From an uncultured Actinomycetota bacterium (GTDB lineage: Bacteria > Actinomycetota > Actinomycetes > S36-B12 > UBA10799): a stretch of DNA of 64,000 nt. The stretch covers positions 8,685-72,684 of the forward strand of contig CAVPGV010000010.1 of the NCBI GenBank assembly GCA_963704075.1, in the 5' to 3' direction. Below the pieces are notes generated by a model. The model saw only the letters and a list, made by a program, of their open reading frames with translations, was not told where the DNA came from and did not search any database. Both the position numbers and the translations under genes were made by a program. Below, piece after piece: positions 40,184 to 49,300 of this stretch (position 1 is its first letter; each line of letters begins with the position of its first letter).

Positions 40184-40513
40184 TCAACTGACCATCACCC
40201 AGAACTTTCGCAGCGGCTCGCTGACATGCCAGACGGTCCGGACGCCTGCCTCGAGCTCGACCACGTCGCCCGGGCCGACCTCGAGATCGGTCTGCCCCTC
40301 GATCTCGATGCGGGCGCGACCGCTCAACACGACGAAGACCTCATGGACCTCTACGTCCGTCGAGACCCCTGCGGTGTGCTCCCACAACCCGCAGGCCACA
40401 TCTGCCACCGGAGCCTCCCAGACTGCAGTGGAAGGCGCGCCTTGCCGGACCTGCTCTGCGGGAAGCGGAGCGTGGACCAGGGACTCGCCGTCGAAGAGGA
40501 TCGTGGATGCCAT
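40184..40513 (-). CDS. Small cupin-domain protein (DUF861-like)
   Basis: 109 aa with EVHEVFVVLSGRARIEIEG...VGPGDVVELEAG. Confidence 0.65.
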   Translation of the reverse strand: MASTILFDGESLVHAPLPAEQVRQGAPSTAVWEAPVADVACGLWEHTAGVSTDVEVHEVFVVLSGRARIEIEGQTDLEVGPGDVVELEAGVRTVWHVSEPLRKFWVMVS

Positions 40514-40716
40514 GGAGCAAGCCTACCGACCACTTTGACTGCACTGCTTTACCTGAATTGTGCTTGACTTTTCAGTCGCTACCGGCAATGCTGGTGTCAC
40601 GCGAGGGGAGTACCCCACTCACTCGCCGATCGTCATTACGGTAGCTGCCTCAGCAACCCGGTCGGCGGGGGTCCGCACGGACCGGGAGAGACCTCTGGAA
40701 ATCACCAGGAGTCCTT

Positions 40717-41805
40717 GTGAACGACCTTCTCGATCCCCCACGTCCCACGCTCTCGCGTCCCGATTCCGACGATCTCGAATCGCTGATGAGCGCGCGCGGT
40801 CTGTGCATCTCGATCCTCATCAACACCACCCCCGGCCCCCGACTGGCGCAGCCCGACCGGCAACGGCTGAACGCTCACGCCCGCGATGTTCTGCGCAGAC
40901 TCGAGATGGAGCCGGATGCCGAACACGCGAAACGGATGGCCTCGCGCCTGCAGGACGGCCTGGACCTCACCAATCGCATCGCCGCTGACGAGGCCCTGGC
41001 CCTGTTCGTCAACGAGACGGTGGTCCGCGTGTTCCACCTGCCGGTGGGCGTTGAGGACCGGATCGTGATCGACCCGACCTTCGCGACGCGCGACGTCGTG
41101 CGGGCAGTGCAGTCCAACCCCCGCTTCCTGCTGTTGCACATGGACTCCCGTTCGGCGAACCTCTTCCGCTACAACCAGAAGTACCTGGAACCGCAATTGT
41201 CGCCATCGTTCCCGGCATTGCGCGAAGGCCGGGTCCGGGCAGGACAGGACCCGGAGGCTCAGCGGGTATTCCTGCGCAGCGTCGATGCAGGTTTGAGCCG
41301 GCATCTGGCCCAGGAGAACCTGCCGGTGGTACTTGTCGGCGGCGAACGGGTTGTCGGGGACTTCCTGCGACTGACCCGGAATGGCGCCCGGATCGCCGGA
41401 ATGACTCGCGGGATCCACTCGCGCCCGGCGCTGGGTGAGCTCGAAGACGTCGGGCGCAGCGTCATGACGGATCACGTCGACGATCTCAGCGCAGCCGCGC
41501 ACGACACGCTCTATGCAAGACTGCGGGTCCAACGCGCGGTCACGGGCCTCCTGGGCTGCTGGCATGCAGCGGCTACCGGGAAGCCCGAACTGCTGGTCGT
41601 CGAACAGCACTTCGCGATGCCCGGGAGGATGGTCGCCGAAGGACGCTACGTCGAGCCCAGCGACGACGACGAGCACCCAGAGGTCATCGACGACGTTGTG
41701 GACGACCTCATCGAGAAGGTGCTGCAGTCGGGCGGTTTCGTCTCGGTGGTGCCGGATGGCTCGCTGCGCGAGCATGGCCGCGTGGCGATGACTTTGGCCC
41801 GCTGA
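40717..41805 (+). CDS. eRF1-like protein (bacterial archaeo-eukaryotic release factor, baeRF-type) of unknown function
   Basis: 362 aa with GTG start 5 nt after AGGAG. The N-terminal pattern is LESLMSARGLCISILINTTPGPRLAQPDRQRLNAHARDVLRRL. The C-terminal pattern is PELLVVEQHF...VIDDVVDDLIEKVLQSGGFVSVVPDGSL..HGRVAMTL. Both are as recalled for baeRF families. Confidence 0.45.
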   Translation: MNDLLDPPRPTLSRPDSDDLESLMSARGLCISILINTTPGPRLAQPDRQRLNAHARDVLRRLEMEPDAEHAKRMASRLQDGLDLTNRIAADEALALFVNETVVRVFHLPVGVEDRIVIDPTFATRDVVRAVQSNPRFLLLHMDSRSANLFRYNQKYLEPQLSPSFPALREGRVRAGQDPEAQRVFLRSVDAGLSRHLAQENLPVVLVGGERVVGDFLRLTRNGARIAGMTRGIHSRPALGELEDVGRSVMTDHVDDLSAAAHDTLYARLRVQRAVTGLLGCWHAAATGKPELLVVEQHFAMPGRMVAEGRYVEPSDDDEHPEVIDDVVDDLIEKVLQSGGFVSVVPDGSLREHGRVAMTLAR

Positions 41806-41886
41806 GCAGGTCGCGGCAGCACTGGGCTGCAAGCGCGCAAACCTCTGTGGAGCCAATGGCGCGATATCCACAACCTTGCCTCAGCG

Positions 41887-42321
41887 ATGACGCAGGCGGC
41901 GTCGGGGCACAATGAGCCCATGAACCTGTTGCAGCAACCCGACCCCACGCTCCTGCCCGCCGACCCCGCTGTGTCAGCCCTCGACGCAGGCGGGGACCCC
42001 GCAGCGGTGGCCGCGCGCTATCCCGCCTCAAGCCTCGCCTGGGCGACGCTGGCCAAACGAGCCCGTGAGCGCGGAGAAACCATCGAGTCCTACGCCTTCG
42101 CCCGGGTCGGCTACCACCGCGGTCTCGACGCTCTGCGACGCAACGGGTGGAAGGGCCACGGTCCGATCCCCTGGTCCCACGAGCCGAACCGGGGATTCCT
42201 CGAGTGCCTGCACGAGCTGTCTTTGGCCGCCCAAGCCATCGGGGAGACCGACGAGGCCGAACGCACCCGCACGTTCCTGCGCGACAGTTCGGCTGAGGCC
42301 GCAGACGTGCTGGGGGTCTGA
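41887..42321 (+). CDS. DUF3151-family protein
   Basis: ESYAFARVGYHRGLDALRRNGWKGHGPIPWSHEPNRGFLECL. The start may be ATG 41920. Confidence 0.7.
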   Translation: MTQAASGHNEPMNLLQQPDPTLLPADPAVSALDAGGDPAAVAARYPASSLAWATLAKRARERGETIESYAFARVGYHRGLDALRRNGWKGHGPIPWSHEPNRGFLECLHELSLAAQAIGETDEAERTRTFLRDSSAEAADVLGV

Positions 42322-42344
42322 CTGACCGGACCCTGCCGGGGTAC

Positions 42345-42928
42345 GTGTGGGCCGACACCGCGCGCGGACTGGCGCACGACAATGACCTCGTGAACAGTCA
42401 GCCTTCAATGCCAGGCTGGTGTGATGAACAGATCCGACTCGCCGAATCCGACCCGGCGTGGCCGGTCTCATTCCAGGCCGAATCAGCACTCCTCGACGCG
42501 GCGATCGGAGCATGGATCACCGGCGGAATCCACCACGTGGGCAGCACCGCTGTGCCGGGGCGGGCAGCCAAGCCCATCATCGACATCCTGGTCGGGTTGC
42601 GGACCTCGACGGTTCCCGGCCGTGCATAGACCTGCTCGCCCCGCTGGAATATCACTACGCGCCCTACGGACCCGACGTCATGCATGAGTTGTGCAAGCCG
42701 GACCCCTTCCGTCGGACCCACCACATACACCTCGTGCCCACCGGCTCGCAGCGTTACCTCGACGAACTGACGTTCCGCGACTACCCACGGGCGCATGGGG
42801 AGACCGCGCGCGCCTACGAACAACTGAAGCGGGAGCTCGCGGTTCGCTACCGCAACGACGGCGAGGCGTACACGCTGCGCAAGGGCGATTTCGTGCAGGA
42901 GGTGCTGACTCGGGCAACTAGCGCGTAG
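42345..42928 (+). pseudogene. GrpB-family (UPF0157) nucleotidyltransferase-fold protein, one frame break at ~42594
   Basis: IHHVGSTAVPGRAAKPIIDILVG is in frame 1. VADLDGSRPCIDLLAPLEYHY...HHIHLVPTGSQRY...FRDYPRAH is in frame 2. The break is in a G run (GTCGGGTTGCGG where GTCGGGGTTGCGG would restore the frame). Confidence 0.8.
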
Positions 42929-43271
42929 GCGCGTTCCAGGCCGCACGCATCATCGGGATCTGCAACGGCACGCGGGCCCATGTCGCGACCTTCTGCCATA
43001 CGGGCCGGCGGCTGCGTTGCATGTCGACAGCCATCTGCACGTTGCCGACCAGGATCACGGCCAAGGTCGCTGTCGTTGCCACCGGCGCCCACTTCTGCCC
43101 TGTCGCAAGACCGGCCGCGCACGCGAGTTCGGCCACACCACTGCCGTACACCCATGGCCTCGGGTTGCCCAGTTGCCGCGGGATCAGCGGCTCGAACACC
43201 TGCGGCCGGACCATGTGGACCACCCCGCTGAGCGTGAACGCACCGATGACGGCTTTGACTCCCAGGTCCAT
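42918..43271 (-). CDS. Small membrane protein (DoxX-like)
   Basis: MDLGVKAVIGAFTLSGVVHMV...VAELACAAGLATG...TLAVILVGNVQMA. Confidence 0.5.
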   Translation of the reverse strand: MDLGVKAVIGAFTLSGVVHMVRPQVFEPLIPRQLGNPRPWVYGSGVAELACAAGLATGQKWAPVATTATLAVILVGNVQMAVDMQRSRRPVWQKVATWARVPLQIPMMRAAWNAPTR

Positions 43272-43347
43272 GCCGAGCACGCTACCTCGCAAGAGGCTGA
43301 ACCGGGGAAGGGTTGAACAGTTGGCACCCTGGGAGGGCATTAGCTGT

Positions 43348-44610
43348 TCACACCAGGAACGCGTGGCTGAGCGCATAGATCGTCAAACCCGCGAGTGCAC
43401 CCACGAGCGTCCCGTTGAGCCGGATGAACTGAAGATCCCGCCCCACCTGGATCTCGATCTTCCGCGAAGTCTCCTCGGCGTCCCAGCGATCAACCGTTTC
43501 CGTGATCAAAGCGGTGATCTCGTCGCGGTTGTTCTTCACCACGTGCACTGCGGCGTCCTCGACCCACGTGTTCACCCGGTCGCGGGTCTGCTCGTTGTCC
43601 ACGAGGTTACGGCCGATCGAGACCAGGGAGTCGACGATCCGCACCCGCAGGTCGGAGGTCGGATCGTCGAGGGCACCCAGCAGCATTTCCTTGGCCACGG
43701 TTCCAGTGGTCTGTAGCGTGCGCGTGACCTCCGGGTGGTCCAGCATCCGGATCTTGGCCTGCTCGGCGCGGAACTGCATGTCGGCGTCGAAACGAAGGTC
43801 GTTCGAGAGCTTCAACAGGGCCTCGTCGATCGACGTGCGCAGTGGATGGGTCTTGTCGTCGCGCACAGCCTGGGCGAACTTGACCGCCTCCCGGTACACC
43901 TTCTGCGCGACAAGATCGTCCGCCCACTTGGGCGACCAGCCGGGCGCTTGGCGTTCGACCACGTCGACGACTCGAGTCTGGTTGTCGTGCAGCCAGTCGT
44001 GCAGCGAGCCCGCGATCAGATCGATCAGCGGTACGTGCGCCTTGTCGGCCACCACTTCGCCGAGAAGATTCCCGGCGGGTTCGGCGATCGGGAACTCCTC
44101 AGCACGTCGGCGAAGGAACTCCTCCACCGCTGAGCGGACCTGTTCGTCGTCCAGCAGCCCGATTCCGGCCTTGATGCCTACGGCGATCTCCGCCGATACC
44201 CGCCGGGCATTGTCGTAGTCGCTGATCCATCCCCCGACCCGCAGACCGACGTCGAGCACCCGGATCCGCCCGCGCACGACGTCCTCGGCCAGGAAGTTGG
44301 TTCCGATGAAGTCCCCGAGGTTGCGACCGATCGCGTTCTTGCGGGTGGGGATGATCGCTGTGTGTGGGATGGGCAGCCCGAGGGGCCGTTTGAACAGCGC
44401 AGTGACCGCGAACCAGTCCGCCAGCGCGCCGACCATCCCCGCTTCGGCGGCGGCTCGCACATAGCCGGCCCAGCCGACTCCGTCGCGCTCGAGCAGGAAG
44501 GCGAACACGTAGATGATCGCGGCCAGCACCAGGGCTCCGACGGCCACGACCTTCATCCGGCGCAGCCCCTGGAGTTTCTCTGCGTCGGCGGTCACGGAAA
44601 GGGCGCTCAT
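43348..44610 (-). CDS. DUF445-family membrane protein
   Basis: AEAGMVGALADWFAVTALFKRPLGLPIPHTAIIPTRKNAIG; 420 aa with a C-terminal TM. Confidence 0.8.
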   Translation of the reverse strand: MSALSVTADAEKLQGLRRMKVVAVGALVLAAIIYVFAFLLERDGVGWAGYVRAAAEAGMVGALADWFAVTALFKRPLGLPIPHTAIIPTRKNAIGRNLGDFIGTNFLAEDVVRGRIRVLDVGLRVGGWISDYDNARRVSAEIAVGIKAGIGLLDDEQVRSAVEEFLRRRAEEFPIAEPAGNLLGEVVADKAHVPLIDLIAGSLHDWLHDNQTRVVDVVERQAPGWSPKWADDLVAQKVYREAVKFAQAVRDDKTHPLRTSIDEALLKLSNDLRFDADMQFRAEQAKIRMLDHPEVTRTLQTTGTVAKEMLLGALDDPTSDLRVRIVDSLVSIGRNLVDNEQTRDRVNTWVEDAAVHVVKNNRDEITALITETVDRWDAEETSRKIEIQVGRDLQFIRLNGTLVGALAGLTIYALSHAFLV

Positions 44611-44649
44611 GGGGGCATCTTCCCCTGCGCCTAGGGGCGCCCGCCGATC

Positions 44650-44757
44650 GAGGGCGGTGATGGCGCCATCCAGGGCGACGTTGTTGGGCGTTCGCAGGCG
44701 TCAGAATGCCCAACACCACCGCCCTCACGCCGGGGGGACCCCAACAGCACCGCCCTC
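44650..44757. repeat. 108-nt structured intergenic repeat, copy 2 (CACCGCCCT family)
   Basis: GAGGGCGGTG...GGGCGACGTTGTTGGGC...GCCCAACACCACCGCCCTC...CCCAACAGCACCGCCCTC. Confidence 0.8.
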
Positions 44758-44762
44758 GCGGG

Positions 44763-45527
44763 TCAGGCGACCTCTCGCGGTGGGTTCACGTGCCACAGAA
44801 CCGCAATCCCACCACTGGCCACAGCGAATGCCACGACCGGGGTCACGCTGACTGCGAAGACCAAGGTTTCGGATGAGCCGCCGACCCGATACAGACCCCA
44901 CGCGGTGCCTACGGTGGCCCCAAGCGCCGCGCCCAACACGGTCCCGCGGGCAGCGATCTTTCCCAGCGTCGACGGCTGTCGCTGCAGCGTGCGGACCGGA
45001 GCCGCGGCGAACCAACCGAACGCCCAGTTCACCAGGAGTACGAGACCGACGACGGACAGCGCGATCTGCAGGAAGTAGTACAGCGGCATCCCGGCCACGT
45101 CGATCTGGAACACCGTGAACCGGTCGGTGAGCACCGTGCCCGCGTGTGTGAACCAATCGAGGACCTGGTGCGTCAAGCCGCCGAGCAGCAGCGAAGTCAG
45201 CACCGCCAGAACCTGCGCCGGGGATGACAGCCGCATCCGCAGACCGGGTTGCTGGGCGGGTGTCAGCCGCTTGCGGATCGCCGACGGGGCGAACCAGTCA
45301 GCGGGCCGGGCGAGGAACCCGTGCCAGATCACGAAGAGCGCGAAGCCGACCGCCGGGTTGGTGACCAGCGTTCCGAACACGGTGTGGGTGGCATCAGTCG
45401 TATAGGGCAGGAACGGCGCGAAGAGGGGAAGGTCGGGAGTCATGGCACCGATCACCAGCGCGGATGTCGACAACCAACGTGCCCGGATGGGCAGGATGGC
45501 AGCCGCATGGCTGACGGTGAAGGGCAT
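44763..45527 (-). CDS. DUF4184-family membrane protein
   Basis: MPFTVSHAAAILPI...GAMTPDLPLF...HTVFG...GGLTHQVLDWFTH. Confidence 0.7.
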   Translation of the reverse strand: MPFTVSHAAAILPIRARWLSTSALVIGAMTPDLPLFAPFLPYTTDATHTVFGTLVTNPAVGFALFVIWHGFLARPADWFAPSAIRKRLTPAQQPGLRMRLSSPAQVLAVLTSLLLGGLTHQVLDWFTHAGTVLTDRFTVFQIDVAGMPLYYFLQIALSVVGLVLLVNWAFGWFAAAPVRTLQRQPSTLGKIAARGTVLGAALGATVGTAWGLYRVGGSSETLVFAVSVTPVVAFAVASGGIAVLWHVNPPREVA

Positions 45528-45614
45528 AGCGCCAGTATCACCGCGGATCGCCGCGACGAAACGGATACTTGAGCAAGGTCACACCGGCGCCGCTCGGTAT
45601 CCTTGGAGCCATCC

Positions 45615-45689
45615 GCCCCGTTAGCTCAGTGGTAGAGCACTCGCCTTGTAAGCGAAAGGTCGTCCGTTCAATCCGGACACGGGGCTCCA
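45615..45689 (+). tRNA. tRNA-Thr (anticodon TGT), with genomically encoded CCA
   Basis: GCCCCGTTAGCTCAGTGGTAGAGCACTCGC-CTTGTAA-GCGAA...GTTCAATCCGGACACGGGGCTCCA. Confidence 0.9.
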
Positions 45690-45837
45690 GTCGCGACTGA
45701 CGGGCTTGACCGCAGTTCTCCGGCGCCGGTTCGCGATCGCCATGAACGCCATCGCCTGCGCGAGCAGCACGCCCCGCTCGCCGCCGCCTCTCCTCGAAGG
45801 CAGGAGGACCGTTGCGCGACGCGATAGCCTCCCCAGC

Positions 45838-46473
45838 ATGTCGACACGAACGGTTCTGGAGATCTTCGGCTGGATAAGTTCCGGTCTCATCGTGCTGTCG
45901 CTGGCGCAGGCACGGGTGTGGCGATTCCGGATCATGAACTTCGCGGGTGCGGCTCTGGGCACGATGTACAACGCCCTGCTGGGGATCTGGCCGTTCGCGG
46001 CGATGAACGCCGTCATCACGGTGATCGACGCCTACTGGTTGGTCCGGCTGAGCCGGGAGCGCCGACCGGAGTCCGCGGCCTACGAACTGCTCCAGGTGGA
46101 CGGCGACGACACCTACCTGCGCCATTTCCTGAAGGTGCACGCGCGCGACACCCAGCAGCACTTCCCGGAGTTCGACCCGGCTGAACCCACCGAGTCCAAC
46201 GTGCTGGTGATGCGCGGGGATGAAACCGTCGGTGTGGTTCTCATCGCCGATACCGACGACACGACCGCCCGGCTGAGCCTGGACTACGTGACCCCGCGGT
46301 TCCGCGACTTCACACCCGGACAGTTCGTGTACGAGGACTCCGGGATCTTCGAGAAGCTGGGCGTGCAACGGATCCAGGCACCCCGCTGCAACACCGACTA
46401 TCTGAAGAGGATGGGCTTCCGGCACGAGCCGGACGGCTGGGTGCGCGAAGTGCGGGCCACGCCCTCGGCGTAA
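45838..46473 (+). CDS. Two-domain protein: N-terminal YgjV-like membrane segment plus a C-terminal soluble domain (possibly acetyltransferase-like)
   Basis: MSTRTVLEIFGWISSGLIVLSLAQ...NFAGAALGTMYNALLGIWPFAAMNAVITVIDAYWL, then ...LSLDYVTPRFRDFTPGQFVY...MGFRHE. Confidence 0.45.
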   Translation: MSTRTVLEIFGWISSGLIVLSLAQARVWRFRIMNFAGAALGTMYNALLGIWPFAAMNAVITVIDAYWLVRLSRERRPESAAYELLQVDGDDTYLRHFLKVHARDTQQHFPEFDPAEPTESNVLVMRGDETVGVVLIADTDDTTARLSLDYVTPRFRDFTPGQFVYEDSGIFEKLGVQRIQAPRCNTDYLKRMGFRHEPDGWVREVRATPSA

Positions 46474-46530
46474 CCCGGCTTCGGTGGCCCTGGCCGCGTA
46501 CCCTCACTTCAACGCCACGCAGGAGGACAG

Positions 46531-48018
46531 ATGAGCACGGCTGTAGCCCCGAGGTCGCAACGGACCTTCTTCGGGCACCCCGCTGGCCTCTCAACCCTGT
46601 TCTTCACCGAATTCTGGGAACGCTTCTCCTACTACGGTATGCGCGCCCTGCTCGTCCTGTACCTGGTCGCACCGCCCAACGGCGCCACACCCCCTGGCCC
46701 TGGACTGGGCCTGTCCACCGCTACCGCCTCCGCGATCTACGGCACGTACGTGGCCCTGGTCTACTTGTTCCCCCTGCTCGGCGGCTGGATCGCCGACCGC
46801 ATGTGGGGTTTCCGTCGCGCCGTGCTGGTCGGAGGGATCGTCATCGCGTGCGGCCACTACGCCATGGCCGTGCCCAGCGAGATCACGTTCTGGGTCGGCC
46901 TGCTGCTGATCGCCCTGGGCACAGGGCTGCTCAAACCGAACGTCTCAGCCATGGTCGGTGAGCTTTACCACGACCACGACACAAAACGCGACGCCGGATT
47001 CTCCATCTTCTACATGGGGATCAACCTCGGCGCTTTCATCGCGCCGTTGGTCACCGGATTCCTGATGGACAGCTACGGCTGGCACTACGCGTTCGGAGCC
47101 GCCGCCCTGGGCATGACCGTCGGAGTGGTGCAGTACGTGGTCGGTGGCCGCAAGACGCTGACCGGAATCGGCTTGACCGCGCCCAACCCCGCCACGCCGA
47201 AGGAGAAGCGGACCTTCATCGCGCTGGTCGGCGGATCGGTGCTTGGCATCGTCGTGATCGCGCTGATCGACGCGTGGCTGTTCGGCTTCGAGATCTCCGA
47301 CATGGTCGACATCCTGGGGATCTTCATCTTGATCGTGCCGGTCGTCTACTTCGTGAAGATGTTCCGGCGCCCGGGCCTGACCGGCGATCAGATGTCCCGT
47401 CTGCACGCATTCCTCGGGTTGTTCATCGGAGCAGCCGTCTTCTGGATGATCTACGACCAGGCCGGATCCACGCTGAGTGTCTTCGCCGAGCAGAGCACGG
47501 ATCTCACGGTGGACGGTTTCACCATCCCCGTACCGTGGCTGCAGTCGATCAACCCGATCTTCATCATCATCTTCGCCCCCATCTTCGGGGCGATCTGGGC
47601 GAAACTAGGCGATAGGGCGCCCTCGACGCCGCTGAAGTTCGCGTGGGCACTGTTGGGCATCTCGATCAGCTTCCTGATCATGATCATCCCTGCACTGAGT
47701 GCCGAAACTGGTGCCGAAGTGGCCGTGTGGTGGCTGGTCGGCGTCTACCTGATCCAGACCTGGGCCGAACTCCTGCTCTCGCCCATCGGGCTCAGCGCGT
47801 CGACCCGGCTCGCGCCGCCCGGGATGGAGGGGCAGATGCTGGCCCTGTGGTTCCTCGCGGTGTCCGTGGGCGACACCATCGGCGCCCAGATCCTGTCGCG
47901 GATCGGCGACAACTACGTGCGGGTGTTCACCATGTTCGGTCTCATCGCCCTGGCGGCGGCCGTGATCGCCTTCCTGTTCGTGCCACGACTCAAGCGCATG
48001 ATGGCCGGAGTTCACTAG
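46531..48018 (+). CDS. Proton-dependent oligopeptide transporter (POT/PTR2 family, DtpT-like)
   Basis: FFGHPAGLSTLFFTEFWERFSYYGMRALLVLYL and GGWIADR (PTR2 signatures); 495 aa. Confidence 0.9.
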   Translation: MSTAVAPRSQRTFFGHPAGLSTLFFTEFWERFSYYGMRALLVLYLVAPPNGATPPGPGLGLSTATASAIYGTYVALVYLFPLLGGWIADRMWGFRRAVLVGGIVIACGHYAMAVPSEITFWVGLLLIALGTGLLKPNVSAMVGELYHDHDTKRDAGFSIFYMGINLGAFIAPLVTGFLMDSYGWHYAFGAAALGMTVGVVQYVVGGRKTLTGIGLTAPNPATPKEKRTFIALVGGSVLGIVVIALIDAWLFGFEISDMVDILGIFILIVPVVYFVKMFRRPGLTGDQMSRLHAFLGLFIGAAVFWMIYDQAGSTLSVFAEQSTDLTVDGFTIPVPWLQSINPIFIIIFAPIFGAIWAKLGDRAPSTPLKFAWALLGISISFLIMIIPALSAETGAEVAVWWLVGVYLIQTWAELLLSPIGLSASTRLAPPGMEGQMLALWFLAVSVGDTIGAQILSRIGDNYVRVFTMFGLIALAAAVIAFLFVPRLKRMMAGVH

Positions 48019-48063
48019 CTGATCTGCGCCGAACGATCGGCAGGGTCGGTAGGGCAGTGGATT

Positions 48064-48093
48064 ATGTATACATTTTGACACTCATGTATACAA
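48064..48093. promoter_or_regulatory. Twin palindromic operator candidates ATGTATACAT / ATGTATACAA spaced 20 bp apart, flanking a TTGACA hexamer
   Basis: An AT-rich island in GC-rich DNA, 30-60 nt upstream of the GTG start at 48124. ATGTATACAT (48064-73) is a perfect 10-bp palindrome and its near-copy lies at 48084-93. Confidence 0.55.
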
Positions 48094-48123
48094 TCGAGTC
48101 CTACCCCTGGTGGAGGTGTACCT

Positions 48124-49275
48124 GTGACTGGAGCGCTCGACGGCATCCTCGTCGCCGATTTCACCCGCGTGCTGGCCGGACCCTACGCCACGATGCTGAT
48201 GGCCGACGCCGGCGCAACGGTGGTGAAGGTCGAACGGCCGGGGACCGGTGACGACACCCGGGCATGGGGCCCACCGTTCGCCTCGGACGGGCAATCCACC
48301 TACTTCCAGTCGGTCAACCGCAACAAGAAGTCCATCGCGCTCGACCTAAGCGATCCCGCGGACCTGGACATCGCGCACAGACTGGCGCGCAGGGCAGACG
48401 TGTTCATGGAGAATCACAAACCCGGCGGCCTCGCGCGCTTCGGTCTGGATCATCCGAGTGTGGTCGCCACGAATCCTGAGGTCGTGTACTGCTCGATCAG
48501 CGGATTCGGCAACGACTTGGGCAGGGACCTTCCCGGGTACGACCTGCTGGTGCAGGCGATGGGAGGACTCATGAGCGTCACCGGCGTGAACGAGCCGACC
48601 AAGGCGGGCGTGGCGGTCGTCGACGTGCTCACCGGCCTGCATGCGGCGTTCGCCGTGACCGCAGCCTTGACACATCGAGCACGGACTGGCCGGGGCCAAC
48701 TGCTCGAGGTCAGCCTGCTCGGCAGTCTGCTGTCGTCGCTGGTCAACCAGTCGTCGGCGTTCGTCGGCGCCGGCACCATCCCCGGACTGATGGGCAATGC
48801 CCACCCGTCGATCGCTCCCTACGAAGTCTTCGCAACTGCCGACCGTCCAATGGTCATCGCGGTCGGCAACGACGCACAGTTCAGCCGACTCGCCAACGCC
48901 CTCGGTGAGCCGACGCTTCCCCACGATCCCCGATACGCCACGAACAGTGCCCGCGTGGAACACCGGGCCGAGTTGAAGCGGAATCTCGAAGCGCGACTGA
49001 CGAACGAAAGCGCCGACCACTGGCAGACGGCGTTCACGGCGGTGGGCGTTCCCTGCGGACCGATCAACGACATTCAGCAGGGTTTCGCCCTCGCCGCACG
49101 CCTGGGGCTGAACCCGGTCGTCACCATCGACGACTCCCGCCGCGAGGCACCGCTGCCGCAGGTGGCGAATCCCGTCGCATACTCGGCCACACCGCCTACC
49201 TACCGCAATGCGCCACCCACGGTCGGAGAGGACCGCGACCAGGTGCTCGCGCTGCTGGAGCACGACCACCGATGA
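48124..49275 (+). CDS. Family III CoA-transferase (CaiB/BaiF)
   Basis: LDGILVADFTRVLAGPYATMLMADAGATVVKVERPGTGDDTRAWGPPF. GGAGG RBS upstream of the GTG. Confidence 0.88.
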   Translation: MTGALDGILVADFTRVLAGPYATMLMADAGATVVKVERPGTGDDTRAWGPPFASDGQSTYFQSVNRNKKSIALDLSDPADLDIAHRLARRADVFMENHKPGGLARFGLDHPSVVATNPEVVYCSISGFGNDLGRDLPGYDLLVQAMGGLMSVTGVNEPTKAGVAVVDVLTGLHAAFAVTAALTHRARTGRGQLLEVSLLGSLLSSLVNQSSAFVGAGTIPGLMGNAHPSIAPYEVFATADRPMVIAVGNDAQFSRLANALGEPTLPHDPRYATNSARVEHRAELKRNLEARLTNESADHWQTAFTAVGVPCGPINDIQQGFALAARLGLNPVVTIDDSRREAPLPQVANPVAYSATPPTYRNAPPTVGEDRDQVLALLEHDHR

Positions 49276-49300
49276 GACCTCAACACACCTCGGAGAAGCA

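Noticed and set aside
48075-48094. TTGACA (48075-80) plus TACAAT (48089-94) as a -35/-10 pair for the CoA-transferase operon.
   Set aside because: The spacer is only 8 nt. The hexamers are more plausibly parts of the operator/promoter overlap, and the real -10 cannot be assigned from sequence alone.
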